DNA of 64,000 nucleotides from Alphaproteobacteria bacterium (GTDB taxonomy: Bacteria; Pseudomonadota; Alphaproteobacteria; UBA828). The notes below the pieces were generated by a model. The model was not told the origin of the DNA, searched no databases, and worked only from the letters and a program-made list of their open reading frames with translations. Shown here piece after piece: positions 19,608-29,745 of the stretch; the stretch's first letter is position 1; every line of letters starts with the position of its first letter. Where the stretch lies: positions 1-64,000 of the forward strand of contig CBDCRW010000002.1 in the NCBI GenBank assembly GCA_965221125.1, read 5' to 3'. The position numbers were made by a program, and so were the translations under genes.

Positions 19608-22600
19608 ATGCTCGACGCCCACCCGGCGCCGGATGCCCCCGCGCGTCCGCCCGCCGTTCCCGTCTCCCCGATCGCCGAACCCGCCGCGCTGCAGCCCGCC
19701 TCCGCGCCCGCCGCGCTGCTGGCCGCGGCCCGCACCCTGCTGCCGGTCCTCGAAGCCGGCCGGGCGCTCGATGCCGCGACCCTCCGCAACGCCATGACGA
19801 ATGCCTTCGGCGCCTCCGACGCGGACGGCGCCTGGCTCTGGAAGGATTCCTACGAAGCGGCCGAGGCCGCGCTGGTGCTCTTCCTCCAGCGCTACGGCCG
19901 CGCCATGCGGCGCGAGGCCGGTGCAGGTCCGGCCGGACCCGCCGCCATGTTGCGGATGCTGGAGACCCTGGCGGCGCTGGAGCCCTCGCAGACGCGCCGC
20001 TCCGAGCAGCAGCTCAAGTATCAGCAGTTCTCGACGCCTCTGCCTCTGGCCTACGCCTCGCTGCAGGCCGCCATGATCCGGCCCGGCGACGTGGTGCTGG
20101 AACCCTCGGCAGGCACCGGCATGCTGGCCGTCATGGCGCAGCTTGCGCTCGGCAAGGACACCAACGCGCTGCACCTCAACGAGATCGCCGCCGTCCGCGC
20201 CTGCCTCCTCACCGGCCTGTTTCCGGGCTGCACGGTCACCCGCCACAACGCGGAGACGATCAGGGACCGGCTGTCGGAACTCAGGCCCACCGTGGTGCTG
20301 ATGAACCCGCCCTTCTCGGCAAGCCCCGGCGTGGACCGCATCCGCCATCATGTCGATCTGCACCACATAAGGTCGGCCGTCTCGATGCTGCCGCCGGGCG
20401 GACGGCTCGTGGCGATCTCATCCGCGCACTGCGTCCCCGGCGACGCCGCATGGCAAGACGCCTTCGCCTCCCTCGACCCGCCGGCTCATGCGGTGTTCAC
20501 GGCGCCCATCGACGGGCGCGCCTATGCGCGGCGCGGAACCACCTTCGACACCCGCCTCACCGTCCTCGACAGGGGAGGCGAGAAGCCTGCGCGGGTCTAT
20601 GCCGGCCACCCCGTGCGCGACGCCGGCCACCTTCTTCAGGCGCTCACCCGCACCGTGCCGGCGCGGCGTCCCATCGAGCCCGTGCCGGGCGCCGATCTGT
20701 TCGGCCAGGCGCCGGCGCCGTCGAGACGGTCCCGGCCCACGCGGGCCAGGCGGACTCGCACCACCCCGCAGGAGACGCCCCCAGTTGAGCACGACTGGGG
20801 TCCTGTCTCGGAGCTCGCCTACGAGGCGGTGCCTGCCGGCGGCGGTCCCGCCAAGGGCGCCCAACCCTCCGGCCCCTACGCCCGGTGGCGGGCATCGAGC
20901 ATCCACGTGCCAGGGGCGACGGAGCATCCGACGCCACTGGTGCAGTCGGGCGCCATGGCGGCGGTGCCGCACCCCATGCCGTCCTACCGTCCAATGCTGC
21001 CGGAGAGGGTGGTGACCGAGGGTCTGCTGTCCGACGCCCAGCTCGAGAGCGCGATCCTCGCCGGCCAGGCGCACGACCGCCACCTCGCCGCCGAGTACCG
21101 CATCGGCGCCGGCTGGGAGACCGTGCAGCGCGTCGACGCCGACGGCGATGACGGCAGTGATGAATCCGCTTCCGCCTCCGAAGACGACGGCAAGACCGTC
21201 GACGCCGACGAGCTGCTGTCCGAACCGGTGCGCTTCCGGCGCGGCTGGATGCTGGGCGACGGCACCGGCTGCGGCAAGGGCCGGCAGGTCGCCGCCATCG
21301 TCCTCGACCAGTGGCTGAGGGGACGGAGGCGCGCGCTCTGGCTCTCCCAGTCCGACAAGCTGCTGGAGGACGCGCGCCGGGACTGGTGCGCCATCGGCGG
21401 ACGCGAAGAAGACGTCATCCCCCTCGGCAAGGTGCGCCAGGGGGCCGACATCCCCCATGCAGAGGGAATCCTGTTCGCCACCTATGCCACGCTGCGCTCC
21501 CCCGCACGGCAAGGGAAGCCCTCCAGGCTCGACCAGATCGTGGCCTGGCTCGCGGACGGCGAGGACGAGGACGAGCGCCACGCCTATCAGGGCGTGATCG
21601 TCTTCGACGAGGCCCACGCCATGGCGAATGCGGCGGGGTCGAAGGGCTCGCGCGGCGAGGTGAAGCCCTCGCAGCAGGGACGTGCGGGCCTGCGGCTGCA
21701 GAACGCGCTCCCCGACGCCCGCATCCTCTACGTCTCCGCCACCGGCGCCACCACCGTCCCCGGCCTCGCCTACGCCAGGCGCCTCGGGCTCTGGGCCTCC
21801 GGCGAGACCCCCTTCGAGACCCGCACCGCCTTCATCGCCGCCATGGAGGCGGGCGGCGTCGCGGCCATGGAAGTGGTGGCGCGCGACCTCAAGGCCCTGG
21901 GTCTCTACCAGGCACGGGCGCTCTCATACGACGGTGTCGAGGTCGACATCCTTGAGCACCCGCTCACGGACGAACAGCGGCACATCTACGACTCCTATGC
22001 CGGCGCCTTCAAGATCATCCACCAGAACATCCAGGAGGCCCTGAAGGCCACCGGCATCGTCGACGGCGAGTCCACCCTCAACAAGAACGCGAAGTCGGCC
22101 GCGCTGTCTGCCTTCGAGGGCGCGAAGCAGCGCTTCTTCGGCCACCTGCTGACCTCCATGAAGTGCCCCTCGCTGATCCGCGCCATCGAGGCAGATTTGG
22201 ACGAGGGCCGCTCCGCCGTGGTGCAGCTGGTCTCCACCGGGGAGGCGCTGATGGAGCGCCGCATCGCCGAGATCCCCGCGTCCGAGTGGGACGACCTCTC
22301 CATCGACCTGACGCCCCGCGAATACGTGCTCGATTTTCTCGAGCACGCCTTCCCGGTGCAGCTGCAGGAGCCCTTCGAGGACGACGAGGGCAACCTCATG
22401 TCGCGCCCCGTCTTCGACGCCGACAACAACCCGGTTCTCTGCCAGGAGGCACTGGCCAGGCGCGACGCGCTGATCCAGAAGCTCGGCGCCCTGCCCCCGG
22501 TGCAGTCGGCGCTCGACCAGATCGTCCACCGTTTCGGGCACGACGCCGTGGCCGAGATCACCGGGCGCTCGCGCCGCGTGCTCAGGATCGAGGACGCCAG

Positions 22601-24134
22601 GGGCGAGCGCCTGGCGCTGCGCAGCCGGCCCGGTTCCGCCAACCTCGCAGAGACCGCCGCCTTTATGGACGGCGACAAGCGCATCCTGGTGTTCTCGATG
22701 GCGGGCGGGATCGGGCGCAGCTACCACGCCGATCTCGGCTGCGCCAACACCGAACGGCGCATCCACTACCTGCTGGAGCCGGGGTGGCGGGCCGACCAGG
22801 CGATCCAGGGGCTGGGCCGGACCCATCGCACGCACCAGGCGTCCGCCCCGCTCTTCCGCCCCGTCGCCACCGACGTGAAGGGGGAGAGGAGGTTCATCGC
22901 CACCATCGCGCGGCGTCTCGACAGTTTGGGCGCGATCACGCGGGGCCAGCGCGATTCCCAGACCGCCATGGGGGGCGACGACACCGCGCTGTTCAGGGCC
23001 AGCGACAACCTCGAGAGCCTCTACGCCAAGTCCGCGCTCAGGCAGTTCTACATCGCCCTCTGGCGCGGCCACATCGAGGGCTGGTCCCTCAAGGACTTCG
23101 AGGAGGCCACCGGGCTCAAGCTCACCTGGGAGGGCAGCCTCAAGGAGGACCTGCCGCCCATGCCCCAGTTCCTCAACCGCCTGCTGGCGCTCCCCATCGA
23201 CGAGCAGAACCAGCTCTTTGCGGCTCTTGAGACTCGGATCGAGGCCAACATCGAGATCGCGGTCGAGGCCGGCACCTTCGAGCGCGGCGTCGAGACCATC
23301 GTCGCCGACTCGCTCACCGTCGCCTCGCGCGAGTCCGTGTTCACCCACGAGCACTCGGGCGCCGAAACCGAGATCGTCGAGATCGCGCGCAAGGACCGGC
23401 TGGAGCCGCTCGCCGCCGACGCGGCGATCGAGCTCCACGCGGCCACGTCCAAGCACCCGCCGCTCCTCATCGTCAACGGCCAGTCGAAGCGGGCGGCGCT
23501 GGTCATGGACGCGCCCGCGCGCACGCTCGACGACGGCGACGTGCAGGAGCGCGCGCGCCTTGTCCGTCCCGCCACGCGCGAGACCGTCCCGCAAGCCGCC
23601 CTCGACGCCTCCAACTGGCGGAGGGCGCACGGCCACGAATGGCGCGCCCTCTGGGACGCCGAGATCGCGGGCCTGCCGTCCCACCGCGAATCCCGCTTCT
23701 GGCTGGTCGCGGGCTTGCTGCTTCCCATCTGGGACCGCCTCCCCGACGAGAGCATGCGGGTCCGCCGTCTGGTCTGCGACGACGGGGAGCACCTGATCGG
23801 CCGCGTCCTCGGCCCCGCCGAGCTCGGCGAGTTCCGCGCCGCCCTCGGTCTCGACGGCGGCCCCGGCCTCACCGCCGCCGAGGTCCACGACGAGATCATG
23901 GTGCGCGGCGCGTCCTTCCCGCTCGCCAACGGCTGGAGGCTGGCTCGGCGCCGCCTCATGGGGGCCAACCGCATCGAGATCGAGGGCCCCGCGGACGGCG
24001 ACACCGACGCGCTCAAGCGCATGGGCTGCATCGCCGAGATCGTCTCCTGGCGCACCCGCCTGTTCGCGCCCGACCGCGACACGCTCGAACGAGTCGTCGA
24101 ACGCTGGCCCATCGCGGCGCCGGAGGCGTCCTGA
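19608..24134 (+). CDS. Strawberry-notch-family NTPase/helicase fused to N-terminal methyltransferase-like domain
   Basis: QQFSTP, VLEPSAGTG and MNPPF; LGDGTGCGKGR, FDEAH, YVSATGA and IQGLGRTHR. Confidence 0.92.
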   Translation: MLDAHPAPDAPARPPAVPVSPIAEPAALQPASAPAALLAAARTLLPVLEAGRALDAATLRNAMTNAFGASDADGAWLWKDSYEAAEAALVLFLQRYGRAMRREAGAGPAGPAAMLRMLETLAALEPSQTRRSEQQLKYQQFSTPLPLAYASLQAAMIRPGDVVLEPSAGTGMLAVMAQLALGKDTNALHLNEIAAVRACLLTGLFPGCTVTRHNAETIRDRLSELRPTVVLMNPPFSASPGVDRIRHHVDLHHIRSAVSMLPPGGRLVAISSAHCVPGDAAWQDAFASLDPPAHAVFTAPIDGRAYARRGTTFDTRLTVLDRGGEKPARVYAGHPVRDAGHLLQALTRTVPARRPIEPVPGADLFGQAPAPSRRSRPTRARRTRTTPQETPPVEHDWGPVSELAYEAVPAGGGPAKGAQPSGPYARWRASSIHVPGATEHPTPLVQSGAMAAVPHPMPSYRPMLPERVVTEGLLSDAQLESAILAGQAHDRHLAAEYRIGAGWETVQRVDADGDDGSDESASASEDDGKTVDADELLSEPVRFRRGWMLGDGTGCGKGRQVAAIVLDQWLRGRRRALWLSQSDKLLEDARRDWCAIGGREEDVIPLGKVRQGADIPHAEGILFATYATLRSPARQGKPSRLDQIVAWLADGEDEDERHAYQGVIVFDEAHAMANAAGSKGSRGEVKPSQQGRAGLRLQNALPDARILYVSATGATTVPGLAYARRLGLWASGETPFETRTAFIAAMEAGGVAAMEVVARDLKALGLYQARALSYDGVEVDILEHPLTDEQRHIYDSYAGAFKIIHQNIQEALKATGIVDGESTLNKNAKSAALSAFEGAKQRFFGHLLTSMKCPSLIRAIEADLDEGRSAVVQLVSTGEALMERRIAEIPASEWDDLSIDLTPREYVLDFLEHAFPVQLQEPFEDDEGNLMSRPVFDADNNPVLCQEALARRDALIQKLGALPPVQSALDQIVHRFGHDAVAEITGRSRRVLRIEDARGERLALRSRPGSANLAETAAFMDGDKRILVFSMAGGIGRSYHADLGCANTERRIHYLLEPGWRADQAIQGLGRTHRTHQASAPLFRPVATDVKGERRFIATIARRLDSLGAITRGQRDSQTAMGGDDTALFRASDNLESLYAKSALRQFYIALWRGHIEGWSLKDFEEATGLKLTWEGSLKEDLPPMPQFLNRLLALPIDEQNQLFAALETRIEANIEIAVEAGTFERGVETIVADSLTVASRESVFTHEHSGAETEIVEIARKDRLEPLAADAAIELHAATSKHPPLLIVNGQSKRAALVMDAPARTLDDGDVQERARLVRPATRETVPQAALDASNWRRAHGHEWRALWDAEIAGLPSHRESRFWLVAGLLLPIWDRLPDESMRVRRLVCDDGEHLIGRVLGPAELGEFRAALGLDGGPGLTAAEVHDEIMVRGASFPLANGWRLARRRLMGANRIEIEGPADGDTDALKRMGCIAEIVSWRTRLFAPDRDTLERVVERWPIAAPEAS

Positions 24135-24227
24135 CCGCCCGCCTCCTACGTCGATCCCACCGTCGTCTCACCTTGCCGCCCGCACTCATTCGCGCGGCCC
24201 CGCCCCACCGCAACAAGGACACAATCG

Positions 24228-24488
24228 ATGGCCACGCACGAGCTTCCCGAGGAGCCGGTCTTCGCCTTCGCGCCGGCCTACGAGCTGCCCGACCAGCCGC
24301 AGCAGATCCGCATCGTCTTCGAGGGCATGGACGGCTACATCCCCACCGCGCTCGTTGCACTCTCGCTCGCAGATGCGGAGCGGCTGTGCGACAGGCTCAA
24401 CCGCCGCCTCGGACTGGACCGCGAGGCGTGGAGCCGGCTGGTCGCGCGGTCCATGGCCGCCGGCCGGGGCGACGCGCCGCTGCATTGA
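24228..24488 (+). CDS. Hypothetical protein
   Basis: RBS AAGGA; compact ORF in backbone orientation. Confidence 0.65.
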   Translation: MATHELPEEPVFAFAPAYELPDQPQQIRIVFEGMDGYIPTALVALSLADAERLCDRLNRRLGLDREAWSRLVARSMAAGRGDAPLH

Positions 24489-24605
24489 GAACGGTCACGG
24501 CCCGTCCCTTCAGGAATTCTCAAACCGTCGCGAGCAGAAGTCGATAGACGCATCGCTTACCGCGTACCGATCATTCGATCCGCTCGACGCGCGAAGGATA
24601 CCGAC

Positions 24606-25400
24606 ATGACGAGAAGACCGACCCCGCCCCGGCGGCGCCGGGCGGCGATCCTCTCTGCCGGCCTGGCGCTCGCCACTGCCATCGTCGCGACAGGCCTCGC
24701 CGTCCACGCCCCGGCGCTCGGCGCCGAGACCTGGAACGGCCTCACCGTTGCGCCCGAGCACCGCTGCGCCTCCTACGACCGGGCCGACTACCCCTACCCG
24801 CAGTCGGTCGAGCGCGAGATCGTCGCTTCGATGGGCGGCAGGATCTACGGACCCTACACGGGCCGGCATTACCGGAGCATGCGCGACACCGACATCGAGC
24901 ACATCGTCGCCGTCTCCGAGGCCCACGACAGCGGACTCTGCGCCGCCGGCCCCGCCGAACGGCGCCGCTTCGCGTCCGACCTCCTCAACCTAACCCTCGC
25001 CGCGCCGGAGGTGAACCGCTGCGGCGCCGGCGGCAAGTGCGCTTTCGACGCTGCGGACTGGCTTCCCGCAGTTAACAAATGCTGGTTCGCCGCGCGCGTC
25101 GTCGCCGTGAAGCAGAAATACGCGCTCAGCGTCGACAGCCGCGAGGCCGCCGCGCTCGAGCGGGTCCTCGCGGGCTGCGCCTCCGCCGCAATGATCGTTA
25201 CTGCGCCGGGCGGGCCCACGGCCACGCCGCGGGGTGCGCCCGCCGCATCCTCCGATGCGCTGGCCCGGTGGGACGACAACGGCAACGGGCGCATCACCTG
25301 CAAGGAGGCGCGGCGCCACGGAATTGCCCCCGTGCCGCGGGGCCACCCGGCCTACCAGTTCATGCGGGATGGGGACGGCGACGGGGTGGTCTGCGAGTAG
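24606..25400 (+). CDS. Secreted DUF1524/HNH-type nuclease with C-terminal Excalibur Ca-binding domain
   Basis: Signal peptide; DIEHIV...EAHDSG and NLTLA...VN; C-terminal MRDGDGDGVVCE. Confidence 0.8.
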   Translation: MTRRPTPPRRRRAAILSAGLALATAIVATGLAVHAPALGAETWNGLTVAPEHRCASYDRADYPYPQSVEREIVASMGGRIYGPYTGRHYRSMRDTDIEHIVAVSEAHDSGLCAAGPAERRRFASDLLNLTLAAPEVNRCGAGGKCAFDAADWLPAVNKCWFAARVVAVKQKYALSVDSREAAALERVLAGCASAAMIVTAPGGPTATPRGAPAASSDALARWDDNGNGRITCKEARRHGIAPVPRGHPAYQFMRDGDGDGVVCE

Positions 25401-25415
25401 CTCCCCGTCCGGGCT

Positions 25416-25859
25416 TCAGCTGTCCAGCCCACGCTGCCGGCGGCGGCCCGCACAGATCAGCCACGCCGGCAGGCTCGTAGCAGCCGCAACCGTCGCAACC
25501 GCGAACGGCCCGAATCCCTCAAGCGCCAGCGTTCCCGCCACCGCCCCCGTTCCCAGCGCGGCGAAAGCCGTGCAGGCAGCCCGCGTCCGGCCCCGCCGCC
25601 ACAGAATCATGCACGCGAGCGCCAGCGGCACGCCTCCCGCCGCGAGCGCCGCCACCTGCAGCCACCCCTCGGCATCCCCCGCCGACCCCAAGCCTCCGGT
25701 CAGCGCCTGGACGAGGTGGAAGCCGGCCGGCAGCCAGAGAAGGCCGGCCGCCGCGGCCCCGATGCCCCGAAGCGGAACCCGCACCTGCCGCCTGCTGCGC
25801 ACCCCGGCGAGCATTCGCGGCGGATAGCGAACAAGAGTAAGCGTGACCGGATCGGTCAT
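25416..25859 (-). CDS. Small membrane protein
   Basis: About four hydrophobic segments; RBS GGAGA. Confidence 0.55.
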   Translation of the reverse strand: MTDPVTLTLVRYPPRMLAGVRSRRQVRVPLRGIGAAAAGLLWLPAGFHLVQALTGGLGSAGDAEGWLQVAALAAGGVPLALACMILWRRGRTRAACTAFAALGTGAVAGTLALEGFGPFAVATVAAATSLPAWLICAGRRRQRGLDS

Positions 25860-26070
25860 CGACGATTCTCCTTCCCGGCCGGCGGCCAGCTGACACCCAT
25901 TTAGGGACGAGGTCGCCGGGGCGCAACCGCAGCCTCCCCCGTTGCCTCCCGATGTGTCCCGATTCCGCCACACGGCCGCCCCGCACAGCCTCGATTCCGA
26001 CACTCACGGGTCGGCAGGGGAGGTGAAGAGGGGCTTCCGTCGGGCGAGCCATCTCAGGGAGGAGAGGACC

Positions 26071-26619
26071 ATGACGCAGCTCGTCTATGCCGGCATCGGA
26101 TCGCGCGCCACGCCGCCTTCCGTGCTCGAAGCGATGACCACCATGGCCGCCTGGCTCGCGCGCCGCGGCTGGCACCTTCACTCCGGTGGGGCGGCGGGGG
26201 CCGACTCGGCATTCGCGGCTGGAGTCCCGGCCCAGCGCCGCACCCTCTTCCTGCCGTGGCCCGGATATCGCGGGAACGCGGGCCCGGATTGCCGCACGCT
26301 CAGTGCCGAGCGCGCAGCCCGCTGCCTCGCCATCGCGGCCGCGCTGCATCCCGCGTGGCACCGGTGCTCGCCGGCCGCCCGCAAACTGCACGCGCGCAAC
26401 GCGGCGATCCTGCTCGGCCAGGACGCCGACACGCCCGTCCATGCCGTGGTCGCCTTCACCTCCGGGGGCGCCATCACCGGAGGCACCGGCATGGGCATCC
26501 GCATCGCGCACGACCGGGGCATTCCCGTGCTGAACCTCGGCGCCATGCACCCGCGCGCGGTGTGCGAGCGGCTGGAGGAGATCCGCGCCGCGGCATCCCC
26601 GGGCATCCGCCACGTCTGA
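26071..26619 (+). CDS. SLOG-superfamily (DprA/Smf-like) protein
   Basis: YAGIGSR, SGGAAGADSAF, LHARN and GGTG; RBS GGAGGAG. Confidence 0.8.
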   Translation: MTQLVYAGIGSRATPPSVLEAMTTMAAWLARRGWHLHSGGAAGADSAFAAGVPAQRRTLFLPWPGYRGNAGPDCRTLSAERAARCLAIAAALHPAWHRCSPAARKLHARNAAILLGQDADTPVHAVVAFTSGGAITGGTGMGIRIAHDRGIPVLNLGAMHPRAVCERLEEIRAAASPGIRHV

Positions 26620-26648
26620 TCCCCGCACTTCGAACATCGGAGCACGCC

Positions 26649-27725
26649 ATGATCCGTTTCACGCACGGCGATATCTTCGCCCAACCTGCCGACGCCATCG
26701 TCAATCCCGTCAACTGCGTCGGCGTCGCAGGCGCGGGCCTCGCCCGCCAGTTCAGGCGCCGCCACCCCGACGCCTTCCTCGCCTACCGCCGGGCCTGCTC
26801 CGAGGGCCGCCTGCGGCCGGGCCGCATGTTCACGTTCGACACCGGCCGCGACCGGCCCCGGTGGATCGTCCACTTCCCCACCAAGCGTCACTGGCGCGAC
26901 CGCAGCGCGATCGGCGACATCGAGGCCGGGCTTCGCGGCCTCGCCGCAACCCTCGCCAGCCACGGCATCGGCTCCGTCGCCATCCCGCCGATCGGATGCG
27001 GCCTGGGCGGTCTCGACTGGCGCGCGGTGCGCCCCCTCATCACCGACTGTCTCGCGGACATCGCGGGCACGGTCATCGTTCTCGAGCCGGCGCCGGAGGC
27101 GGAGCCATGCGCAGGTGCGGGCGTCCGCTTACGAGAGGAGAGAGAGCCCATGCCCCGCAACACCACGAGCATCTTCGACCACGGCGCCACGCTGGTGCCC
27201 GACATCGTCACCGAGGCCGAGGAGCGCCGCATCCTGCTGCGCATCTCCCAGGCGCCCTGGATGACCGACCTCAGCCGCCGCGTGCAGCACTACGGATATC
27301 GCTATCAGTACCGCGGCCCCGCCAACGGGCGGCACGACCCGGCGCCCCCGTTCCCGCGCTGGGCCGAGGTCGTTGCCGATCGCCTGGCGCCGCACTTCGA
27401 CGGGCGGCGGCCCGAGCAGTGCATCGTCAACGAGTACCGGCCCGGCCAGGGCATCGGCATGCACGCCGACCATGCGTCCTTTGGCGACATCGTCGTGTCG
27501 CTCTCGCTCGGCGACGCCTGGACGATGAACTTCCGGCCCCGTTCGGCCCGCCCCTACGTCCGCGACGGGCTGGCGTCCGACGAGGTGGCGCTGCTGCCGC
27601 GCCGCTCCGCCCTCGTCCTGCGAGGGCCCGCCAGGAGCGCGTGGATGCACGGGATCGATCCCGCCGCCACTGCAGGCCGCAGCGAGACCCGCGTCTCCGC
27701 CACGTTCCGGACCCTGGCCGCTTGA
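26649..27725 (+). CDS. DarG/TARG1-type macrodomain read in frame into an AlkB-family 2OG-Fe(II) dioxygenase (internal RBS and ATG at 27150)
   Basis: GDIF, VNPVNCVGVAGAGLA.QF, FPTK.HW and GCGLGGLDW; then RRVQHYG, VNEY.PGQGIGMHAD, W.HGI and RVSATFR, with no stop between them. Confidence 0.85.
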   Translation: MIRFTHGDIFAQPADAIVNPVNCVGVAGAGLARQFRRRHPDAFLAYRRACSEGRLRPGRMFTFDTGRDRPRWIVHFPTKRHWRDRSAIGDIEAGLRGLAATLASHGIGSVAIPPIGCGLGGLDWRAVRPLITDCLADIAGTVIVLEPAPEAEPCAGAGVRLREEREPMPRNTTSIFDHGATLVPDIVTEAEERRILLRISQAPWMTDLSRRVQHYGYRYQYRGPANGRHDPAPPFPRWAEVVADRLAPHFDGRRPEQCIVNEYRPGQGIGMHADHASFGDIVVSLSLGDAWTMNFRPRSARPYVRDGLASDEVALLPRRSALVLRGPARSAWMHGIDPAATAGRSETRVSATFRTLAA

Positions 27726-27908
27726 CCTCCGCCGCCGTTGTCGTCCGTGCCGGCGGCAAGGTCGTCGGCCACTCGGCAGGCGTCGGGGCGGACGGCGGAG
27801 GAGAGGTTGAGAGGAGCTTTGGAGGGGTGAACGGGAAGGGGACCGAGAAGGGTTCCCGACCCCTTCGTCAACCCATCGTCATCAACCAGGATGTGAAGGA
27901 GACGAACC

Positions 27909-28364
27909 ATGGCTTTCGGAGAGAACAGGGTGGTGCTGATCGGCCGCCTCGGCGACGACGTCGCCATCAACCAGCTGCAGAGCGGCGGGCGCGTTGCCAA
28001 CATGAGCATCGCGACCGACGAGTCCTACATCGACAAGCAGACCGGCGAGCGGGTCGACCGGACGGAGTGGCACCGCTGCGTCACCTTCCAGAACGGTCTG
28101 GTCGACATGCTGGAGAAGCACGCGAAGAAGGGCCGCCTGGTCTACGTCGCGGGCAAGCTCCAGACCCGGCGCTGGCGCAAGGACGGCGAGGACTCCGACC
28201 GGTTCTCGACCGAGGTCCTGCTGGTCCCCGGCGGGCGCGTGCAGTTCCTCGACAAGCCGGCCGGCGCCAACGGCAACGGCGCCCCGCCCGCCAACGGTGA
28301 GGCGGCCGCGACCGCCGAGACCGGCACCGCCGATCCCGTCGACGACGGAACGATCCCCTTCTAA
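27909..28364 (+). CDS. ssb: Single-stranded DNA-binding protein (resident copy)
   Basis: NRVVLIGRLG, TEWHR and VYVAGKLQTRRW; acidic tip DDGTIPF. Confidence 0.95.
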   Translation: MAFGENRVVLIGRLGDDVAINQLQSGGRVANMSIATDESYIDKQTGERVDRTEWHRCVTFQNGLVDMLEKHAKKGRLVYVAGKLQTRRWRKDGEDSDRFSTEVLLVPGGRVQFLDKPAGANGNGAPPANGEAAATAETGTADPVDDGTIPF

Positions 28365-28385
28365 GGGGAAGTTAGGTAGAAATGT

Positions 28386-28426
28386 AAAGCTCGCAGGGGT
28401 AACACCTTGCGGGCTTTCATTTTTTG
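28386..28426 (+). terminator. Intrinsic terminator inside the element's left end, serving ssb
   Basis: AAAGCTCGCAGG...CCTTGCGGGCTTT hairpin followed by a T run. Confidence 0.75.
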
Positions 28427-28439
28427 TTGAATTTCATGA

Positions 28440-28489
28440 TTGACACGTTTGGAGTCGCAATTCTAGGTAAGCCGGAACAAGGCAAGAGC
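28440..28489 (+). promoter_or_regulatory. Putative sigma70 promoter with imperfect LexA box upstream of the recombinase operon
   Basis: TTGACA at 28440-28445; GAAC-AAGGCAA-GAGC at 28475-28489. Confidence 0.4.
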
Positions 28490-28500
28490 GTAAACTTTCG

Positions 28501-29745
28501 ATGCCCGAGAGCGTCCGCAGAATCAGACTTCCCGGCGGCGAGACGCTCCCCGCCCTGGTCGAGCCCGGCTCGGCCCCCGCGCCCGAGCCGATACGGTATG
28601 CGGTCTCCATTCTCAGAAACGCCGGCCGCGCCGAGAACACGATCGAGGCGCACATGCGCGCGATCGCGGCGGCCCGGGTGTGGGCGCACTCGAACGGGCT
28701 CTCCCTCGAAGCACGCATGGCCACGGGCGCCGGTCTGGAGCTGCGGGAGGTCGAGAGTCTTTCCCATGCGCTGAAGACCGCCCGGGTTCCGGATCGGACC
28801 GAGCGTCCCCACCAAGCCAATGTCCTGCCGCTTTCCAGATCGGGCAAGGAGCTTCATCGGCACCTTCCCCACGACTGCGATGAGATGCTGGACCCCCAGA
28901 CCGGAGCCAACCGTGTGCGGTCCGTCGCTGCCTATCTCGACTGGCTTGCAAGCCACAGCCGTGCCGCCGGATCGCAGCAGCTCCTTCGCGACACCGTCAA
29001 GGCTCTGACCGCCCGGGCGAAGGTGGGCGCGCGTCAACCGTCCGAGCCCAGGAAGGGCCTGTCGCCGGAACAGCGCGACCGGCTGTTCGCCGTCATCGAT
29101 CCGTCCTCGCCGGAAAACCCGTTCCGGAGCGAGGCGGTTCGCTATCGCAACCTTGCCGTTGTTGCCTGCCTTGACGAGACCGGCATGCGCAGGGGCGAGC
29201 TTTGCGGCCTGAAGATCCCGGACATCGACTTCAGGAAACTGACGATCTCGATCCATCGGCGCCCTCCGGACCCCCGGGACCCTCGTCGGCAGAAGCCGAA
29301 GACCAAGTCCGGCGCACGGCCCGTGCCGATCAGGCCGGAGCTGGCGGACATCCTCTTCGCCTACCTGTCGGATTGGCGCCGGACCGAACCCGGCGCCCGG
29401 ATGCACGCCTATGTCTTCGTGTCCCATGCAGGAATCAGGCCGGGAGCGCCGTTGACCCCGAGAAGCGTGGGCAACGTCTTCGCTGCGCTCGAAAGCGTTC
29501 TCGGCTTCCGTCTCCATCCTCACCTGTTGCGCCACACCTGGAACGACAGGTTCTCGGCCGCGATCGACGGCAGGGCGGAGCGTGGCGATCGCACCCCCGA
29601 GGCGAGCGAGGAGCGCATCCGCAACTTCCTGATGGGATGGAGTCCGGATTCGAAGATGGCGGCGGTCTACACGCACCGTCACGTCGAACGGGCGGCCGAG
29701 GCCGCCCTGAGAGGCATGCACCAGGGATTGTTCGAGGGTGAGTAG
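28501..29745 (+). CDS. Tyrosine recombinase 1 (Tn554 TnpA-like)
   Basis: TGMRRGE, KTK, HLLRH, MGW and AVY. Confidence 0.9.
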   Translation: MPESVRRIRLPGGETLPALVEPGSAPAPEPIRYAVSILRNAGRAENTIEAHMRAIAAARVWAHSNGLSLEARMATGAGLELREVESLSHALKTARVPDRTERPHQANVLPLSRSGKELHRHLPHDCDEMLDPQTGANRVRSVAAYLDWLASHSRAAGSQQLLRDTVKALTARAKVGARQPSEPRKGLSPEQRDRLFAVIDPSSPENPFRSEAVRYRNLAVVACLDETGMRRGELCGLKIPDIDFRKLTISIHRRPPDPRDPRRQKPKTKSGARPVPIRPELADILFAYLSDWRRTEPGARMHAYVFVSHAGIRPGAPLTPRSVGNVFAALESVLGFRLHPHLLRHTWNDRFSAAIDGRAERGDRTPEASEERIRNFLMGWSPDSKMAAVYTHRHVERAAEAALRGMHQGLFEGE

